A DNA stretch of 64,000 nt from Mobula hypostoma (Eukaryota), in NCBI RefSeq assembly GCF_963921235.1, contig NC_086109.1, forward strand, positions 25,298,001 to 25,362,000. The letters are read 5' to 3'. The notes under the pieces were generated by a model. That model was not told the DNA's origin and made no database searches. It worked only from the letters and a program-made list of their open reading frames with translations. Numbering within the stretch: position 1 is the stretch's first letter; each line of letters starts with the position of its first letter. Positions 36,201-48,845 of the stretch are shown one piece after another. A program made the translations under genes and the position numbers.

Positions 36201-39200
36201 GAGTTGCCATTGTCTGAATGGAGTGCAAAGCTAAAGCTCCATATCAGGAGGGCAATAAAGATACTTGAGCAAAGTTCCTTCAAATAGGTAATGATGTCCT
36301 TTCATTTTTTTTTGTTTAAGGGATTTTGTTAAGCAGATTGGCTCTTTTATTTGGTCGGCTTCCAAAAGTGATCCGTAAGTGATATAAGTGTCGGAATCTC
36401 AATGTTTTCCGTATGCCACAAAACAACAAATTTCACAGCATAGGTCCGTGATATTAAACCTGATTCTGATTCTGATGTCTGTAAATTTCCATATCATTTT
36501 TCCCTTTACATTCTGGATATTTCTCTAAAATACCAATGTTCTGTTTGCCTACTAAATTATTAACAGCTATTTACTTCAGTGCAGTTATTTTACTAGGGTG
36601 ACGGAATTAAATAAGATTTTTAAATGTAGAAAACACACTCTGGTTTTCAACTGCAGCAAGGAGCGCAAGAGACATCAACAAAATGCTGCTTAAGCCAAAG
36701 CGAGACAGTGCAATGTTAGCTGCTCCATAATACAAAAGATTTTAAAGTAATGGTGAGCAAAATGTTGCGGAGTTTACAATGGAGTACAGATGGACAAGAC
36801 AGTATTTAGTGGAATTTATAATCTTGTAGGGGTTTGACACAGGAAGTGTGAAACACTGTTTGCTTTGTCTGGGGAATCCTCAATTTAAGAGACAAGAGAG
36901 GTTAAAGAAATGTCTTTAGTAGATTTTTGCAGAGTGTTTAAACAGAAGCAATGGTCACTGCTGTATTTTGAGGCAAAATAGGATAGATATTTCAAATGAA
37001 GGAAGAAACATGGCTTTGAAGGCTTTGTTCTGTATTTAATTCTAGCCTTACACGTGTTTGATGTTAATAGTATAGAGAGGGCTCTGTCTGGTCTAGCTTG
37101 ACATAACTTGCTCTGCAGTACCTGTATCTTATATCCACTGACCTTTGGTGCAGAAAATTCCAAATTTCCACTATTCCTTTTGTGGGGGGGAAATATGCTT
37201 CCTGATTTAATGCCTAAATGCCCTGGTTTGAACTTTAAGATTATATTCTTTGTTCTTGATTCCTAACTGTTTTTCTTTATTCAGTTTTTGTTTATCAATT
37301 TCATGCATTTCCAACACTTTGCAACCTTTTGTACTGCCTATTTAACCCTGTACGAAAGGGACCCCTGCTTATATTGCTGGGTCTCCTGCTTATATTGCTG
37401 GGTCTCCAAGTGCTCAAGTGTTTATGACAACAAATAGTCATATTTTCACACTATCCCCTCTAAGAGGATATTATTCAGGGAAATGGTAAGGTTGGAAGTA
37501 CATGGTAGAAGTACATTTGTGGTGGAGAGTATATTGACTGGCTGCATCATAGCCTGGTTTGGAAACACCAATGCCCTTGAACAGAAATCCTACAAAAGGT
37601 CCAGTCCATCATGGGTAAAGCCCTCCCCACCATTAAGCCCATCTACAGAGAGCGCTGTTGCAGGGAAGCAGCATCCATCATTAGGGAACCCCACCACCCA
37701 GGACAGGCTCTATTCTCATCGCTGCCATCAGGAGGAAGGTACAGGAGCCTCAGGATCACACCACCAGGTTCAAGAACAGTTACTACCCCTCATCCATCAG
37801 GCTCTTGAACCAAAGAGGATAACTTCACTTGCCCCATCACTGAATTGTTCCCACAATCTAAGAACTCACTTTCAAGGACTCTTCATCTCATGTTCTTGAT
37901 ATTTATTGCTTATTTATTTATTTATTCTTTCTTTCTTTTTGTATTTGCAGTTTGTTGTCTGTGTTGTCGTGACGATAGTTAATTGATTATATTATGGTTA
38001 TTGGATATATTGAGTACGCCCATAAGAAAAGGCACGTGGCCAAGTGGTTAAGGTGTATGTCTAGTGATCTCAAGGTCGCTAGTTTGAGCCTCAGCTGTGG
38101 CAGCATGTTCGTGTCCTTGAGCAAGGCACTTAATCACACATTACTCTAGTGTCTGTGCGAGAAGTGGTGCCCCACACAGACTTCCAATCTGTGTCTTGTA
38201 AGGCATGAAAATGCCCAACGCAGGCCTCTCATGGTCTGAGTTGACGTTCCTATAAGAAAATGAAACTCAGGGTTGTATATGGTGACATCTATGTACTTTG
38301 ATAATAAATTTACTTTGAACTTTGAAGTCTGATTTCAGGTCAAGTGAACGTTTGAAACCATTGACACTTTTTTGGTCTAGTCTCTCTGAAGGACATTCTT
38401 TATGATAGAGAAGGGAGGCATCTTGGAACTGACACACCATTTTAGTTCTTTCAGTGCCCAGCTTTCATTACAGTTTTCAGGCTCACTAGATGACAGGATT
38501 GCTCTGAAATCTGGCGAAGACTTGGAAGACCGAATAACCTTCATCTCTGTCATAAGGAAACATGAGAATAAACAGATCTAAGTGTGGTACAAACTGATAC
38601 GTACCAGGTTACAAAACAGCTCATCTGCACAGATGAAAGAGCTATGAACTCATTGTTTGGTATATCAATGTTAATTAAATTTAAAAATAGAGCAACAAAA
38701 AGCAGGCAGCAGAAAAACAAATAGACATGATTGCATTTATAGAATGGTCTGAACATAGTAATGAAATGGAGAATTAATTAAGCAAAATTGTTATGATAAA
38801 CAGCCTGGGTTTTATTTGTTCTGTAGATTCTACTGGATTAATTCCAAGTGATGATTCTTTCTTCATCATTTACTTGCATCCCGGCCCGAGTTCATGTGCC
38901 TCCCAAGCTCGACTGTTTACAAGTTTCTGTACTTACGTGCACATGCACTAAAATTCAGAAGTTGTTCACATAGAGTGATAGCTGTGAACAGCAATGGTTT
39001 GCTGAGACTCCCTTTCAAAATCTAGGTTGTGCATGGTTTGGGCTGATCCAGGTGAGCAGCACAATGCTGGCATCTAACTACATCTGCAACTATAACGGTA
39101 ATCCTTTGAAGCAGAACCACAGTGTTAGTTTCCCACAGAACTGAGGGGAAAGCTGCTCAGAAGCGTTCCCCAGCAATGTGACATGACACCACTCCCATCC

Positions 39201-41415
39201 CAACACGTTTAGGCACCCCCCTTTGCAAGGCAACACACACAAAATGCTGGATGGAACTCAGCCCGTCAGGCAGCATCTAGGAAAAGGGTACAGTTGATGT
39301 TTCGGGCCGAAACCCTTCGGCAGGATTGAGCAGATTTTGAGTTCTTCCAGCACTTTGTGTGTGTTGCTCGGATTTCCAGACTTTATCTTGTTTGTGGGGG
39401 AAGGTGGAGCCAGGTGGGTGGGAAAGGTAAAGGGCTGCAGAAGGAGGAATCTGATAGGAGAGGAGAGTGGACCCTTAAAATGTCTTGCTTAACAATGAGG
39501 AAGATTGGATCACCCAGCATGAAAAGAAGTGGAGGAAACTCATTCATGTTATAAACATTTTAGCCAAGCCAATCCATTTAGTATAAATGATCCATTCCTA
39601 TTCTCTACTCACACAAAAAAATAAATCTCTATAGAAAATAAATAATACCTGGAACTGAATTACAGGCTGAAATTTAAATTAGTGTCTTGGTAGTTTATAA
39701 ATAGCTTAAGGACTATCTGGGAACAAATCAGGAATGGGAACCTAATAACCAGTCAAAGGAATTTATACATAGACCAACAAATAATCAGGAATCTGTTATA
39801 GATCAGAATCTAATTAGGGGAATTGGGCAGTTTATTTATAGAAGCATAGGTACATGGGAGTGAGTTATGAGCTGGATTTAATTGAGTGATTCAAAAGTTA
39901 ATAACTGTATAATGCACATTCAGAACTGAGGGACAGACTTAAACCTTGTTGACTGTTAAGGATAAATAATAAGGCCATTACTAAAAATATCACTACTAAT
40001 AACAGCATATTAATCATGTCAACAAATAAACAAGCGATGATGTCCTTGTAGGCACAGAGCAAAACTACCTTGTGTGGACCCTAGTCTACATCTGTGCCCA
40101 GTAATTTGAGGGAACATAAGCTGCTCTGATCTTGCATCGCTGACGGTCAGACAGACAGAATGAAATTCTTTCTGGATGAATGAGCAGTGTGAGCTTATAT
40201 TAATGCAGCCAACATCACCATTCTCTGAGCGCATCCGTGGCCAGCAATTTCCATTTATTGCCACTGAGCCTCAGCATCACCATGGTGACCAGCTGTGGAC
40301 CAGTGCTTGTCTTAGCATCCCAGCTGGCATTTAAAGTGAGGAGCTGCCAGACAGAGACAGGAAAGCTGAGTATGTGGTGCAGACAAACGCCTTGAGTATG
40401 CCCTGTGCTATCCAAATCATCTGTGTATGACAAAGCAAGGTGCTTTCATGTATGCACCCATGAGCAGAAGGAGGCTGTGCAGCCCATTGTGTACCAGAGC
40501 TCCTTGAACAAAAGCTCCAATTAAGCATCTCTCCCTGCATTTTCTTTTCCTGAAGTCATACAAGTTTTTCCTTGGTATTTTCCCAAACTTCTTTGGAAAG
40601 GTACTGATCAGTTTGCTTCTGTCATCTGTTCCCATTTTTCAATTCTTGATAATTCTTTTTTTTTCTCATCAATGTAGTTTTCTTAATACACTGAGAATTA
40701 CAAGCAGGGATTGGAAGGAAACAAATTTACTGAGTCATAGAACAGTCGTATAGTTATACAGCCCCTTCAGCCTAACTCATCCATGCAGATCAAAGGTTCA
40801 AAAATGTTTGAATGTTCAAAGGTTCATTTTATTATCAAAGTATGTATACAGAATACAACTCTGAAATTTGTCTTCTCCAGATAGCCACAGAATATAGAAA
40901 ACCATATAAGTAGTTGGTAGAAAGACACTAATCACCCCCCACATGAAAAGAAAAAGAAACAAAAATTCACAAACTCCAGACACTTCCAACTCCTCCCTCG
41001 CACAAAAATTAGCAAATCACTGAAACCCCCCAGCTCACCAATCAGTAACAAGAAAGAAAGGTCAAGAAAATGAAAAAAAAAACAGAATTGACAGAGGCCA
41101 ATTAGTTTGAGCTGCAGTCCAATCCGTAAATGTCAGAATTTCAATAACATCTCCAACAGCATTGGGGCCCCGCGGCCCCTCCAACAGCATCGGGGCCCTG
41201 CGGCCCCTCCAGGAGCATCAGGACCTAGCAGCCTCACCGAGGAAAGCAACATGAACCAGTAGCCTCCCTGGGGGAAGTGACTAGAACCAGCTTTGAGATC
41301 ATGTTTTCTAATTGAGCTGCTCCCAATTTCTCTGGTTTGACCCCTTATCCCTCTGAAGCTTTCTCATTCCAATGTACCTATCTTGTAAACATTGTAATCG
41401 CATACGCCTCTATCT

Positions 41416-41494
41416 CAGAGTTCCCAGCCTTTTTTATGCCATGGGCAAATACCATTAAGCAAGGCGTCCGTGGAGCCCAGGCTGGGAACCTCTG
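41416..41494. mobile_element. ~80-bp hAT-like MITE
   Basis: TIR CAGAGTTCCCAGC / GCTGGGAACCTCTG; 8-bp TSD CTCTATCT / CTCTACCT. Related copy at 27341-27420. Confidence 0.7.
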
Positions 41495-42071
41495 CTCTAC
41501 CTCTATTTAACCCCAAACACAAGAAAATCTACAGATGCTGGAAATCCCACGTAACACACACAAAATGCTGGAGGAGCTCAGCAGGTCAGGCAGCATCTAT
41601 GGAAATGAACAAACAATCGATATTCCAGATTGAGACCCTTCTTCAGGACTGGGGAAAAAGCCAGAATAAAAATCTTATCTTTAAGATAGGATATTAAACC
41701 AAAATCCTGCCTACTCCCTCAGATGCACTTGAACACGTCCTGGCACTACAAAGTTCAAAGTTCAAAGTACATTCATTATCGAAGTATGTGTATTTTATAC
41801 AGCCTTGAGATTCCTTTCCTTACAGACAGCCACAAAACAAAGAAACGCAATAAAACCAATTAAAAATAAAAGAAGAATGTCAAACACCCAGTGCACAAAA
41901 AAAAACAAATCATGCAAACAATAAAAGCAAGCAAACAGCGTTCAGAACTGAAGTTCACAACACCGGGCATCGCTGCAGCCGATCCAGATGTCCACTAGTT
42001 ACAGGCCACAGCCTCAGTCCAGCACAGAGACGAAAAAGTCCCGCAGAGCAGTGAGCTGAACCGGATTGTCT

Positions 42072-43060
42072 CGTTACCATCACTCTGAGCACCGGTGCCC
42101 CACAAGGCTGAGTAGTCAGCCCCCTGCTGTACTCACTGTACACCCATGATTGTGTAGCAAAGTTTCCATCAAACTCAATATATAAGTTTGCTGATGACAG
42201 AACAATTGTAGGCCATATCTCGGGTAATGATGAGTTTGAGTACAGAGAGGAAATTAAGAACCTGGTGGCATGGTGCGAAGACAATAACCTATCCCTCAAC
42301 GTCAGCAAGACGAAGGAATTGGTTGTTGACTTCAGAAGGAGTAGCGGACTGCATGACCCAATTTACATCGGTGGTGCGCAAGTGGAACAGGTCAAAAGCT
42401 TTAAGTTCCTCGGGTTCAATATCACAAATGACATGACTTGGTTCGACCAAGCAGAGTTCACTGCCAAGAAGCCCACCAGCGCTTTTACTTCCTGAGAAAA
42501 CTAAAGAAGTTTGGCCTGTCCCCCTAAAACCCTCACTAATTTTTATAGATGCACCGTAGAAATCATTCTTCTAGGGTGCATCACAACCTGGTATGGAAGT
42601 TGTCCTGTCCAAGACCGAAAGAAGCTGCAGAAGATTGTGAACATGGCGCAGCACATCACACAAACCAATCTTCCGTCTGTGGACTCACTTTACACCGCAC
42701 ACTGTCAGAGCAGTTCTGCCAGGATAATCAAGGACACGACCCACCCAGCCAACACACTTTTCGTCCCTCTTCCCTCTGGGAGAAGGCTCAGGGGCTTGAA
42801 GACTCATACGGCCAGATTTGGGAACAGCTTCTTTCCAACTGTGATAGGACTGCTGAATGGATCCTGACCTGGATCTGGGCCGTACCCTCCAAATATCCAG
42901 ACCTGCCCCTTGGTTTTTTTGCACTACCTTACTTTCCATCTTTCCATTTTTCTATTTACGATTTATAATTTAAATATTTAATATTTACTAATTTTTACTA
43001 TTTTTAATATTTTTAATATTTAGTATTTGTAATCCAGGGAGTGGGAAGTGCAGAATCAAA
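42072..43060 (+). mobile_element. Rex/Babar-like LINE 3' fragment (RT)
   Basis: LSTGAPQG...SPLLYSLYTHDC...KFADD, LNVSKTKELVVDFRR and FYRCTVEIILLGCITTWYG motifs. Confidence 0.85.
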
Positions 43061-46000
43061 TATCGCTGTGATGATTGTACGTTCTAGTACCAATTGTTTG
43101 GCGATAATAAAATATAAAATACTCCTCCCCCAGCACCCTGACCGGTTCAGTCTGCCCTGGCACTTAAATCGTCCAAACTTCGGGTCATTCCTCGCTCTCT
43201 ACCACTTTGTTATGCCATTGGGCTTGGGCACCACTGCTTCAGTTCAGCCAGTACCTGACCTTTCCAATTCGGCTTGGCTCTTAAATAGGTCAAAGCTTCG
43301 CCTTGCCTCCGCTCCACCTCATTGAATTGCTTCCAGATCCACTGCAGCCCTGACACTCTGCAACCATCCTCGCTCTCTGAGACCCTAGCCCACACCACAA
43401 AAATGTCAGGTCGTACAGGCAGTTCAGCTCAACTCCGACAGGGAAATAACAGGCCACTATTTGCAGCGATTGTTTATCAGAACAAGTGTGACTAGCAAAG
43501 TACTAAGCTGCTTTCTTTGTTTCATTTGCCACCAGCAAGAATTTGCTAAACTTCAGCAGCATCATCTTAAATTATCTCTCTCCAATTAATACTCATTCAG
43601 ACTTTGATTTCCCAGTTTCCCATCTCTGCTCCACTGATTCACCCATCTTCTCACACCCCAGATGATGCTTCCCAACCCCCAACTCCCATGGATTCTGAAA
43701 GGAGATAACATTCTAGTGTGTACAGAAGATTAGCTGTTGGACAGGTAGTACAGAAAATGCATAAAAGTTCTCTGCTTGGGAAGATGTAACAAGTGGTCCA
43801 TTAAAAAGATTGGTTTGGGGCTTCAACTCATTATGATTTATATAAATGACTTGCATGAAGGTACTAAAAGTTATGATTGCCAAATTTTTTGAAGATAAGT
43901 AAAGACAGGTTGATAAATTATTTGTGTAGAGGACATAAGGAAATTACAAAGAAATAAGACAAGGCAAAGACCTGGGAAATGGAAAGCAATATAGGATTAA
44001 AACAAAAGTGAAGTTGTCCATTTTGGAATGAATATTGAAAATGAATCATATTATCTGAATGGTCAGATATTTCAGAGTTTTGAGATGTAGAGAGGATCTG
44101 AGAGTGCAAGTGTCAAAAAGGGCTAGAATACCGGCATTGCTATTGCTAATTACCAGAGGAATTGAAGACCAGAATATGGACATTATGCTTCTCTCAGACA
44201 GGGCATTGGTGTGCTGACACGTGGGATGTCATGCATGGTATTATTTCCTTATTTAAGGAAGGATGTTAATTAGTTACAAGCACTTCAGAAAAACTTACTA
44301 GACTAATTTCCAGAATGGGCAAGTCATCATGTGAGGAAAGGTTAGACAGGCAAGTCTTAAACCTTTGAGTTTAAGAGAGGGGGGACTTGAATGAAACATT
44401 CAAAATTACTGGGTGGTTGTGAAGAGGATATTTCTTCTTGAGACAAAAGTAACTGTTTAAAAAAAGGATCTTTCCATTTATGATCAAGATAAGGTAAAAC
44501 TCTTCCTTTCAAGGAGTCAATTTTGATTCTTAGGAATTCTTTTCCTTAAAGAGTGGAAGCTACAGCAAGGAATCAGATTCTGAAAAGGTAATACAATCTT
44601 GCTGTGACATTAACTAGAACCTGAGGATAGCCAGCAAAAGGCTGAAGGAACTCAGCAGGCCAGGTAGCCTCTACATTATGGAGAGGACGTTTTCAGCCGA
44701 GACTGTTTATTCCTCTCCACAGATGCTGCCTGACCTACTGAGCTCCTTCAGCATTTTGTGTGTGCTACACTGTATTTCCAGCATCTGCAGAACCTTTTGT
44801 GTTGCTGAGGAAGAAGTACTTTTTGAAGGAATTCCAATTCTAAAACTGCCTGCTTAGATAAGTGAAGAGATATTCAAAATGTGGGCTCTCTATAGTGTAC
44901 AGAGAACTGTTTCCTCTGGCAAGTGGAATGATTATCAAGGGACAAAGCCCTAATAATTAATTTAAAAAAACAAAACTAGACAGGAAGATACATTTCTTAG
45001 CATCAAAATTTATTAAGAAATGAAACTCATGTCATAAATAAGCATGGAAAGCATAAACATGAAAGCAGTTTCCAAAGAAACTTTTGGGCATGCACTGGAA
45101 GAAAATTATTCTGTGAGGTCATAGGGACGAAAGCCGACTGGTGGTGTGGTTGTATCAGAATTGGACTTCGAGGCAAATGGTCCAGAGTTCGATTCTGGCC
45201 GGCTCCTTGCACACTTTCCACCTATGCTAGGTTGAGCATCAAGCTAGCAACTCGGACTCGTAATAACCAGTCAAATGTTACAGAAATGGAAAAAATAATG
45301 CCTGATAGATAGGCAAACAGATACTTTATTGATCCCAAAGGAAATTATAGTGTCACAGTAGCATTACAAGTGCACAGGTATACAAATATATAAATATTAG
45401 AAGAGAAGTAAGAAAGAATTTTAAAAAGTTACCTCAAACAGTCTAACAGGAGGGGGTCATCACTTCCCCAGCTAAAGGTTGACTCATTATAGAGCCTAAT
45501 GGCCAAGGGTAAGAATGACCTCACATAGCACTCTTTGGAGCAACACAGTTGTCTTAGTCTATTACCAAAAGTGCTCCTCTGATCAGCCAAGGTGGCATGC
45601 AGAGGGTGAGAAACATTGTCTTGAATTGCCAGGACTTTGCGTAGCGTCCTTTGTTCTACCACAGCCTCCAGTGTGTCCAGTTTGACTCTTATAACAGAGC
45701 CAGCCTTTCTCATCAGTTTATTGAGCCTGTTGATATCATCCCAGTTGATACCATTACCCCAGCACATCACTGCATAGTGATTGTACGGGTGACAACAGAC
45801 TGATAGAACATCTGAAGGAGAGACCTCAGTCTCCTCAGGAAGTGGAGGTAACTCTGGCCCTTCTCGTACGTAGCCTCTGTGTTGGTGTTCCATTCAAGTT
45901 TGTCATCCAGCTGCACCCCCAGGTACTTGTAGGTCCTCACCACACTCATGTCCTCACCATCAATAGTAAAAGGGAGCAGTGCACCACAAGGTGCGAAAGC

Positions 46001-47139
46001 GAACAACAACATAGGGATGATGCTGTAACATCGCATAGCTAAGAGATGTCATGGGTACAATGTGCTAAAAGACCTCTTTCTATTTTGTGAGACTCTGTGG
46101 TTACCAGTTTTTACAGAATATTGCATCTCACAATGTGACCTTGCAGTTTTATTTTTATTTTCAAGGATACTGCGAAGCTTATTTACACTATTGCTCATGT
46201 TTTGTGTTCTTCGATCAATATAACTCCCACAATCCTGAAAAATAAACAAGTGAAAAAATAAGTCAGCCTAAATTGGATTGTTTCAAATTGATACAGTGCC
46301 AGTGTCTGAGCTTGCATGAAAGGTGATGGAATTATTTCGTCTGTTGTCAAGGAAACTGGCAGCATGCGCAATACCTGCTTCTAAGGGGGAAGAGAGGGAC
46401 TGTTGGTTGCTTGACCAGGTTGTGTGAAAGATCTCTCTTAACTCTTTGCTGGTCTCAGTACTCTATGAGCAGTTCTATGTCAAAAGGACAATAACCTGAA
46501 ATGCTAACTCAACTTCTCTCTCCACAAATGTAGCCTGACCTATAGAAAAACTAGAGCGTTTTCTCTTTTCTTAGTCAGCCCTGAATCAGCAACTGCTTTA
46601 ACCACCTCAAGAAATAACGTGTCTCTGTGCTAACCATCTCAATATTAAGTCTGTTCTACCCCTTTAGGTGCTGTCCGTTTCTGTATTCATCTGTGAAACC
46701 TTTATAATAATGTTGTATTACTGTATTGAGTCTATCAATATCGTGGCTGACATTGTATTAAGGCTACCACTTGCTTTACTAAGCAACAAACTGTCATAAG
46801 GGCATGGCTGGGAACAGACCCAAGTGCAAGACACAGATACTGAAGTACTAGAGACAGGACTAGGATACAGGGCGATGGCAAGGACATGGACAGGAAAACC
46901 AGGAACCTGGAACAGGACTGGACAAAAGAGCTAGGAGCCCGGGCTTGGACTCCGAGCCAGAGACTGGACAAGGACCCAGTACCTGGGTCTTGCCTCTGGC
47001 TCGGACCCCAGAATTAGGCAAGGACGAGGTTTGGCAGGCAGACAGGATGAGGCTGGAGTCTTCAGGCTAGGAGCTAGAGGCTAGAGACTTGGCTTGGTTT
47101 GGCAAGAGGCTAGAGGCTAGAGGCTGGAGTCTACAGGCT

Positions 47140-48630
47140 CAAGGCTAGGCAAGAGATGAGGCGAGGCTTGGCAGGAGGCTGGAGACGAGACTAGAGGTGA
47201 GGCTGGAGGCTGGAGGCTTGAGACTTGAGACTAGAGGCGAGGCTGGAGACTGGAGACTTGAGGCGAGGATGGAGGCTGGAGACTGGAGACTGGAGACTTG
47301 AGGCGAGGCTGGAGGCTGGAGACTGGAGACTTGAGGCAAGGCTGGAGGCTGGAGACGAGGCGAGGCTGGAGGCTGCAGGCAAGGTGAGGTGAGGCTGGAG
47401 ACTGGAGACGAGGCGAGGCTGGAGGCTGGAGACTGGAGACTTGAGGCGAGGCTGGAGGCTGGAGACTTGAGGCGAGGCTGGAGGCTGGAGACTTGAGGCG
47501 AGGCGAGGCTGGAGGCTGGAGATTGGAGACTTGAGGCCAGGCTGGAGACTGGAGACTTGAGGCGAGGCTGGAGACTGGAGACTTGAGGCGAGGCTGGAGG
47601 CTGGAGACTTGAGGCGAGGCTGGAGGCTGGAGATGAGGTGAGGCTGGAGGCTGGAGGCTGGAGACAAGGCGAGGCTGGAGGCTGGAGGCTGGAGACAAGG
47701 CGAGGCTGGAAGCTGGAGGCTGGAGACAAGGCGAGGAGAGGTGAGCCTGGAGGCTGGAGACTTGAGGTGAGGCGAGGCTGGAGGCTGGAGACCTGAGGCG
47801 AGGCTGGAGGCTGGAGACCTGAGGCAAGGCTGGAAGCTGGAGACCTGAGGCGAGGCTGGAGGCTGGAGGCTGGAGACTTGAGGCGAGGTGAGGCTGGAGG
47901 CTGGAGACGAGGCGAGGCGAGGCTGGAGGCTGGAGGCTGGAGACTTGAGGCGAGGCGAGGCTGGAGGCTGGAGACCTGAGGTGAGGCTGGAGGCTGGAGG
48001 CTGGAGACGAGGCGAGGCTGGAGGCTGGAGACGAGGCGAGGCTGGAGGCTGGAGACTTGAGATGAGGCGAGGCTGGAGGCTGGAGACCTGAGGCAAGGCT
48101 GGAGGCTGGAGACCTGAGGCGAGGCTGGAAGCTGGAGACCTGAGGCGAGGCTGGAGGCTGGAGGCTGGAGACTTGAGGCGAGGCAAGGCTGGAGGCTGGA
48201 GACGAGGCGAGGTGAGGCTGGAGGCTGGAGGCTGGAGACCTGAGGTGAGGCTGGAGGCTGGAGACTTGAGGTGAGGCGAGGCTGGAGACTTGAGGCGAGG
48301 TGAGGCTGGAGGCTGGAGACCTGAGGCGAGGTGAGGCTGGAGGCAGGAGACCTGAGGCGAGGTGAGGCTGGAGGCAGGAGACTTGCGGCGAGGCGAGGCT
48401 GGAGGCTGGAGGCAGGAGACTTGAGGCGAGGCGAGGCTGGAGGCTGGAGGCAGGAGACCTGAGGCGAGGCGAGGCTGGAGGCTGGAGACCTGAGGCGAGG
48501 CGAGGCTGGAGGCTGGAGACCTGAGGCGAGGTGAGGCTGGATGCAGGAGACTTGAGGCGAGGCGAGGCTGGAGGCAGGAGACTTGAGGCAAGGCTGGAGG
48601 CTGGAGGCAGGAGACTTAGGGCAAGGCTTG
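47140..48630. repeat. Modular purine-rich minisatellite built from GAGGC / TGGAGGC / TGGAGAC / (T/C)TGAGGC units
   Basis: Directly visible ~1.5-kb array with shuffled 5-7 bp modules. Confidence 0.95.
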
Positions 48631-48690
48631 GCAGGCTCCTCCTGGGCAGGGCGCGGATCACCTGGGCAGGGCGCAGATCACCACCCGACA

Positions 48691-48845
48691 GAGGCAAGGG
48701 ACAGGAAGGGACAGAACCAACCCCAGGTAACGACAAGACGGCCTGGCTTACCTGGGCGGAGGCAAGGGACAGGAAGGGACAGAATCAACCCCAGGTAACG
48801 GCAAGACGGCCTGGCTTACCTGGGCGGAGGCAAGGGACAGGAAAG
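48691..48845. repeat. ~68-bp tandem repeat (2 copies + partial) inside the solo LTR
   Basis: GAGGCAAGGGACAGGAAGGGACAGAA(C/T)CAACCCCAGGTAACG...CTTACCTGGGCG repeated. Confidence 0.85.

Noticed and set aside
37364..37405. 21-bp tandem duplication
   Set aside because: Isolated local slippage with no further structure.
40271..40296. RE1/NRSE-like site (CTCAGCATCACCATGGTGACCAGC)
   Set aside because: Needs several indels to fit the TTCAGCACCNNGGACAG consensus.
47145..48736. 466-501 aa S/P-rich ORFs as a real protein gene
   Set aside because: They are translations of a minisatellite whose - strand modules rarely contain stop codons, and they lie inside a solo LTR.
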